Positions 59,333 through 64,000 of a stretch of DNA of 64,000 bases are shown here, in pieces. Below the pieces are notes generated by a model. That model was not told where the DNA came from, did not search any database, and was given only the letters and a program-made list of their open reading frames with translations. Every line of letters begins with the position of its first letter. The first letter of the stretch is position 1. A program made the position numbers and the translations under genes. The DNA is from an uncultured Desulfosarcina sp. (GTDB taxonomy: Bacteria; Desulfobacterota; Desulfobacteria; Desulfobacterales; Desulfosarcinaceae). The stretch covers positions 1,696,001 to 1,760,000 of the forward strand of contig CAXXWQ010000003.1 of assembly GCA_963674945.2 (NCBI GenBank), in the 5' to 3' direction.

Positions 59333-60136
59333 TCAAATTTCAATTGTGTAGAACCGCCACAACGCAACGCAGGCCAGGGCGACCGTGAAAATCAACACAT
59401 TGGCAAATACATAGATCGGCGCCATGGCTTCGAAAGCCCGGTTCGCAATCAACGTGGCTGCGAAGTCCTGAAGCATATAGACTTTGGGAAAAACGATCCG
59501 CCACAAAGAGGTATCGCCTTCACCGGCCATCATCTGCCGGATCATCTCGCTTTGCATGATTCGGTAGGCGCCGTCGGATACGAAGCTGACCCCGATGACG
59601 ATCAGGGTGAAAAGCGCTGCAACAACATTGGGGAAAAACAGCGATAAGACGCAGGTGAGAACAATGGCAAACAGCAGGTTGACGGCGCACAGGAGAGACG
59701 CGGTAAGGTAACCTGGAATCAACGTTCCCGTGTTGGCAAAGCCGATCAAGGCGATGGTCAGATGGAGAATGAACATGAAAAGGGTCGAAAGCACCCAAGT
59801 GCCGGCCACTCTGCCGAGCATGTACTGCCACCGGTCCACGTCGCGGGAGAGAAACATCACCGCGCTGCCGTCATCACGGTCCCGTGAAAAAATGCCCATG
59901 GAAAGCAAGGTGGTCATCAAAAACATGCCGCCGGCGACAACGTGAAAGGCTATCAGAGATGCGTGAAAGGCCAGGGCCATCTGATCCATGGGTTGGCCGT
60001 TGACCGTATAATTGCCATGATAGCAACTTCTGAGAAGCAAAATGAAAATGACGGCGACGGCCAGCAGGATATAAAAGCTCTTCTGGCGCACCAGGTCGTG
60101 CAGCGTGATGACAGTTATCCGGATCAGGTTATTCAT
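59333..60136 (-). CDS. ABC-2-type transporter permease
   Basis: ~6 TM; LSRDVDRWQYMLGR; overlaps the ATPase gene. Confidence 0.8.
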   Translation of the reverse strand: MNNLIRITVITLHDLVRQKSFYILLAVAVIFILLLRSCYHGNYTVNGQPMDQMALAFHASLIAFHVVAGGMFLMTTLLSMGIFSRDRDDGSAVMFLSRDVDRWQYMLGRVAGTWVLSTLFMFILHLTIALIGFANTGTLIPGYLTASLLCAVNLLFAIVLTCVLSLFFPNVVAALFTLIVIGVSFVSDGAYRIMQSEMIRQMMAGEGDTSLWRIVFPKVYMLQDFAATLIANRAFEAMAPIYVFANVLIFTVALACVALWRFYTIEI

Positions 60137-60852
60137 CTTTTCTTTTGTACATCCTCCACATGGCGCATAAACACCTCTTCCAGCGTTTCATTCTCACCGA
60201 CGATCTGCCCAAGGTCGCCCTTGGCGACAATCCCGCCGTTGTTCATGATCGCAACCGAATCACAGAGCCGTTCCACCTCCGAGAGTAGATGAGAATTTAA
60301 AATGATGGTTCCTCCGCTCTTTTTGAACGCTTCGAGAATCACACGAACATCGCGCATGCCAAGCGGATCCAGGCCCGATACCGGCTCATCCAGGACCAGC
60401 AGCTCGGGATCGCCCAGAAGGGCCGCCCCGAGCCCGATGCGCTGTGTCATCCCCTTTGAGTAACCGGCAGCCTTCTTTTTTTCCTGGCCGTCCATACCGA
60501 CCCGTTTCAGTACGCCGTTTATCGCCGCCCTGGCGCGAGCGCCGCTCATACCGCAGAAGGCGGCATGGCGCAGCAGGTATTCCCGGCCGGACAGATGGGG
60601 GGGAATGCGGTGTATCTCCGCCAAGTAGCCCAGTTTCCTTCGCGATTGGGGCCTGCCTGCCGCCAAGCCTCCGATGATGATCCTTCCTTTCGTACAACGC
60701 GAAAAACCAAGCATCAGACGCACAAGGGTTGTCTTGCCGGCTCCGTTGGGGCCCAAAAGGGCAAAGGCCTCCCCTTTGCGGACAGAATAGGAAACCCGGT
60801 CCACCGCCACGAACGTTCCGAATCGTTTTGTCACATTTTCAAATGAAATCAT
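60133..60852 (-). CDS. ABC transporter ATP-binding protein
   Basis: GPNGAGKTT, YSKGMTQR, LDEPVSGLDP, SHLLSEVE. Confidence 0.92.
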   Translation of the reverse strand: MISFENVTKRFGTFVAVDRVSYSVRKGEAFALLGPNGAGKTTLVRLMLGFSRCTKGRIIIGGLAAGRPQSRRKLGYLAEIHRIPPHLSGREYLLRHAAFCGMSGARARAAINGVLKRVGMDGQEKKKAAGYSKGMTQRIGLGAALLGDPELLVLDEPVSGLDPLGMRDVRVILEAFKKSGGTIILNSHLLSEVERLCDSVAIMNNGGIVAKGDLGQIVGENETLEEVFMRHVEDVQKKR

Positions 60853-61353
60853 GTGTTGACCTGTTCTACCCACCCAAATATAGGATCACAGCAATGATTG
60901 AAAGAGGATAAGAATACGATTCAAATGAATCCCTTCTATTTCTCCATTCGACGGTATGAAAGCCGTTGTATCAGTTTGTTTCCGCCATTTACAGGGAAAA
61001 AGGCAAAATGCATCATTTTCACCGAATCCCCTTACCGTGATGGACAACGATACGGCTTTTGTTCAACTGCAACAAAACGAAACGGAAGGTGAGGGCTACA
61101 CGATTCTATATCGTGATATTTCTTCCGAAATTTCTATAATGGCGCCAGACGGGGAGGAATCGAACCCGGAACCATTGATATGGCAGATGAGCTTGCAGGT
61201 TGCGAATATAGATTCCAAGGATGAAGACGGTAATATTGTATCAGCTTGTCAAGGCACTAAGAGAATCTTGATGAGCTGTAAAACAAAGGGTATACTTGGC
61301 TTATTTTCCAGTGTCAACGAGGCAGAACGGGGGGATCAAGATGGAGGTCGGAA

Positions 61354-61749
61354 ATGCCATACGAAATAACCTATCTTGATGAAGTAGGAGGTATAATAAC
61401 AACGTATTGGGGGACGATAGAAGACAGCGACATCATAAAAAGTGGGCAAGAAAAGTTGTTGTCGCTGGAAAGGTTAAGATCTTTTCGTTATTCGATTACG
61501 GACTTAAGCCGGGTTGAAAATTTCAATTTGACCTCGGAAGGCATCCAACACAATGTGGATATTACCGCTGAGATAATCAAGGGGAACGATGGTATCATTG
61601 TGGCATTTGTTCTACCTTCCGATGTTGAATACGGTATGGGTCGAATGTGGCAGTCATATGGGGATACATACGGCATAAGCTCTTATGTCTGCAGGTCTCG
61701 GACGGAAGCGGAAGCGTGGATCAGAAAAAACGTAAAACAGCAGGCATAG
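61354..61749 (+). CDS. Hypothetical protein, possibly SpoIIAA/STAS-like fold
   Basis: GGAGG RBS; ITDLS, VAFV..YGMGRMW, EAEAWI. Confidence 0.6.
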   Translation: MPYEITYLDEVGGIITTYWGTIEDSDIIKSGQEKLLSLERLRSFRYSITDLSRVENFNLTSEGIQHNVDITAEIIKGNDGIIVAFVLPSDVEYGMGRMWQSYGDTYGISSYVCRSRTEAEAWIRKNVKQQA

Positions 61750-61851
61750 CAAACAGCAAAGGTGCGATCCGGGTCTGTCCGGGTCGCCAGAACGGTCAAG
61801 ACACGCGTCCATACGTGGAACATTATCGACACCTGGAATAGAAAACGTCGA

Positions 61852-63150
61852 ATGAAAGCCAAAATCCGCAAAACCTTCCAATTTGGATTCAATTGCCTGA
61901 TGGCTGTCATGATTGCCGGCTGCGCCGTTGGTGGATTCAACCCTTCATCGATGAATGAAATCAATTTCCGCGATCGCGCGGTATCTGAATACGATGAAGA
62001 TGTTCGTGTGACCGTTGCCGTTCCCAACGAATCTGAGGCAAGGGCGCTGTTCGGTGCGGATCTGGCCACCAAGGAGATTCAACCGATCTGGGTCAAGGTA
62101 GAGAACCACAGCAATCGAACATACTACCTCATTACCACGGCTGTTGATCAGAACTATTTTTCTCCCATGGAGGCGGCTTACGCCACTCATTCCGGTTTAC
62201 GTCGATCCGCCAAAAGCGCCATGGACAGATATTTCCGATTAATGAGCTTTAGAAACCCCGTAATGCCAAACACGGCGGTTTCGGGATTCATTTTTACCAA
62301 CCTCGACCAGGGCGAAAAGATCGTACAGGTCGACATGATTGCCAATCAACAGATTAAATTCTATACTTTTTTTGTTCAAATACCAGGCATGCGAATTGAT
62401 TACCGGTCAGTTGATTTTAACAATCTTTATCCGGATGTTGAAAGAAAAGATCTAGATCTGGAGGAGCTAAGAACGGCGCTTGAGAAATTGCCGTGCTGCA
62501 CCACCGACCAGGAGCAACTGCATTTGGGGGACCCCCTCAACCTCGCAATCGTCGGAGACTTTACCAATATTGCCGCTGCGTTTGTCCGCAGGGGTTGGCT
62601 TCCGGCAGAAGAGACCTACTCGACGGCTGTTTGGAAAACAATCAAATCGTTTCTCTTCGGCGGGCAATACAGATATTCTCCAGTGAGTTCACTCTATCAT
62701 GACGGTCGCCATCAGGACCTTGCACGACAAAAACCGCGGCACGACATCCACGAACGCAATCATCTGCGCCTTTGGTACACGCCGATGCGATTCGATGGCA
62801 AACCCGTTTTTATCGGACAGGTCAGCCGTGATATTGGCGTCCGCTTCACATCGAAAACCTAGCCTCCCGTCACTCACAAAATAGATCCGGATATCGACGA
62901 GGCGCGAAATGCACTTATCGAGGATCTTTTGTTCTCACAAGCGCTTGCCCGGATTGGTTTTGTAAATGGTGTCGGCGCAGCCAAGCCGTCTAAACCAAGA
63001 AAGAATCTGACCGGCGACCCCTACTACACCGATGGATTGAGGGCAGTACTCTTTTTTGCGCCGGGCCCCATTTCCCTGGAGCAGATTCGTACGATTGATG
63101 CCTGGGTGCAACCACCGCTGATCAGTTTCGATTCTTTTACCTTAAAATAA
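61852..63150 (+). pseudogene. LssY C-terminal-domain-like lipoprotein interrupted by an in-frame TAG (62860-62862)
   Basis: IAGC lipobox; GDPLNL, RNHLRLW, SRDIGV before the TAG; same frame continues THKIDPDIDEAR..TGDPYYTDG to TAA at 63150. Confidence 0.75.
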
Positions 63151-63165
63151 CGACAGGACGGTCGA

Positions 63166-64000
63166 ATGAAGATACGTATTTTTATTGTGATCGTTATTGC
63201 CTGCCTGATTTTCAGACCCGGCCCTGTTGGAAGTCAGACCAAACCCCGCTTCGTGACCATTGGATCGGGCGATGCCACCGGGGTCTATTTTCCCATTGGA
63301 CTGGCCATTGCAAAAATGATGAACGATAAGCGCCAGGAATATGGAATCCGGGCGACCGTCGAATGTACACAGGGTTCGGTCTACAACATTGATGCGATTA
63401 CAGCCGGAAACCTGGAGTTCGGTCTGGTGCAATCGGACAAACAATATCAGGCCGTCAATGGGATGGCGGAATGGCGCAACAGGGGCCCCCAGCCGGGACT
63501 GCATTCCGTGTTCAGTCTCCACCATGAATTCATCACCCTGGTGGCCGCAGCCGACGCTGAGATACAGACCCTGGCCGACCTTGAAGGCAAACGGGTCAAC
63601 CTCGGCAATCAAGGTTCAGGCCAGCACAAAAATGCGATCGATGCCTTATCAGCTGCTGGACTATCGCCCGCGAAAGATATTATTGCGACGAAAGTGAATA
63701 CCCCCGAGGCCCTTGATTTGCTTCAGGCGAACCGTATCGACGCTTTTTTCTGCACCTTGGGGCAGCCTAGCGAAATTCTTATTGCAGCAACCACCGGCAA
63801 GCGCCCGGTACGTTTCGTTCCCGTGTCCGGCCCAGGCATCGATCGGTTGGTCCGCGATAAAAATTACTATGTAAAAGATCGCATATTGGCAGAAAAATTT
63901 TACCCGGGTGCCGTAGGTCCGAAGGAAGTGCAGACCATCAGCGTCGTCGCGACCCTGTGTACTTCTTCAAAGGTTTCGGATGAAGTCGTTTATTCAATTG
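63166..64000 (+). CDS. TAXI-family TRAP transporter solute-binding protein (partial, runs off window)
   Basis: Not in ORF track; translates MKIRIFIVIVIAC..VTIGSG..TGVYFPIG..GSVYN..FGLVQSD..DLEGKRVNLG. Confidence 0.85.
   Translation, partial: MKIRIFIVIVIACLIFRPGPVGSQTKPRFVTIGSGDATGVYFPIGLAIAKMMNDKRQEYGIRATVECTQGSVYNIDAITAGNLEFGLVQSDKQYQAVNGMAEWRNRGPQPGLHSVFSLHHEFITLVAAADAEIQTLADLEGKRVNLGNQGSGQHKNAIDALSAAGLSPAKDIIATKVNTPEALDLLQANRIDAFFCTLGQPSEILIAATTGKRPVRFVPVSGPGIDRLVRDKNYYVKDRILAEKFYPGAVGPKEVQTISVVATLCTSSKVSDEVVYSI

Noticed and set aside
60956..61369. 137-aa ORF between the ABC ATPase and the 61354 gene
   Set aside because: No recognisable motif or clear RBS; cannot be supported
1..64000. 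CRISPR array, tRNA or rRNA genes
   Set aside because: No regularly spaced repeat-spacer series and no tRNA/rRNA signature noticed by eye

Overview
Bacterial chromosomal window, probably from a sulfate-reducing Desulfobacterales/deltaproteobacterium (inferred from gene content, the CFI-ending surface protein and the repeat families). 1-12 kb is a minus-strand surface-polysaccharide locus (Wzm/Wzt ABC exporter, glycosyltransferase, visibly AT-richer nucleotide-sugar block with RfbF, RfbC, C-methyltransferase, DUF4910). Two divergent secreted PKD-domain proteins follow, then mixed metabolic genes, one IS-like transposase with imperfect inverted repeats, and several copies or fragments of a palindromic ~130-165 bp repeat family. 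The most unusual features are (i) a 1394-aa dikinase-like protein with a ~900-aa unknown N-terminus and no pyruvate-binding barrel, adjacent to a divergent GAPDH and facing away from a 748-aa orphan; (ii) a second, receiver-fused dikinase-like protein; (iii) repeat elements with different termini that share the same internal motifs; (iv) an LssY-like gene interrupted by one in-frame TAG. No rRNA, tRNA or CRISPR array was seen. All calls come from reading motifs by eye; no searches were run, and some start codons were adjusted from the ORF track using RBS position.
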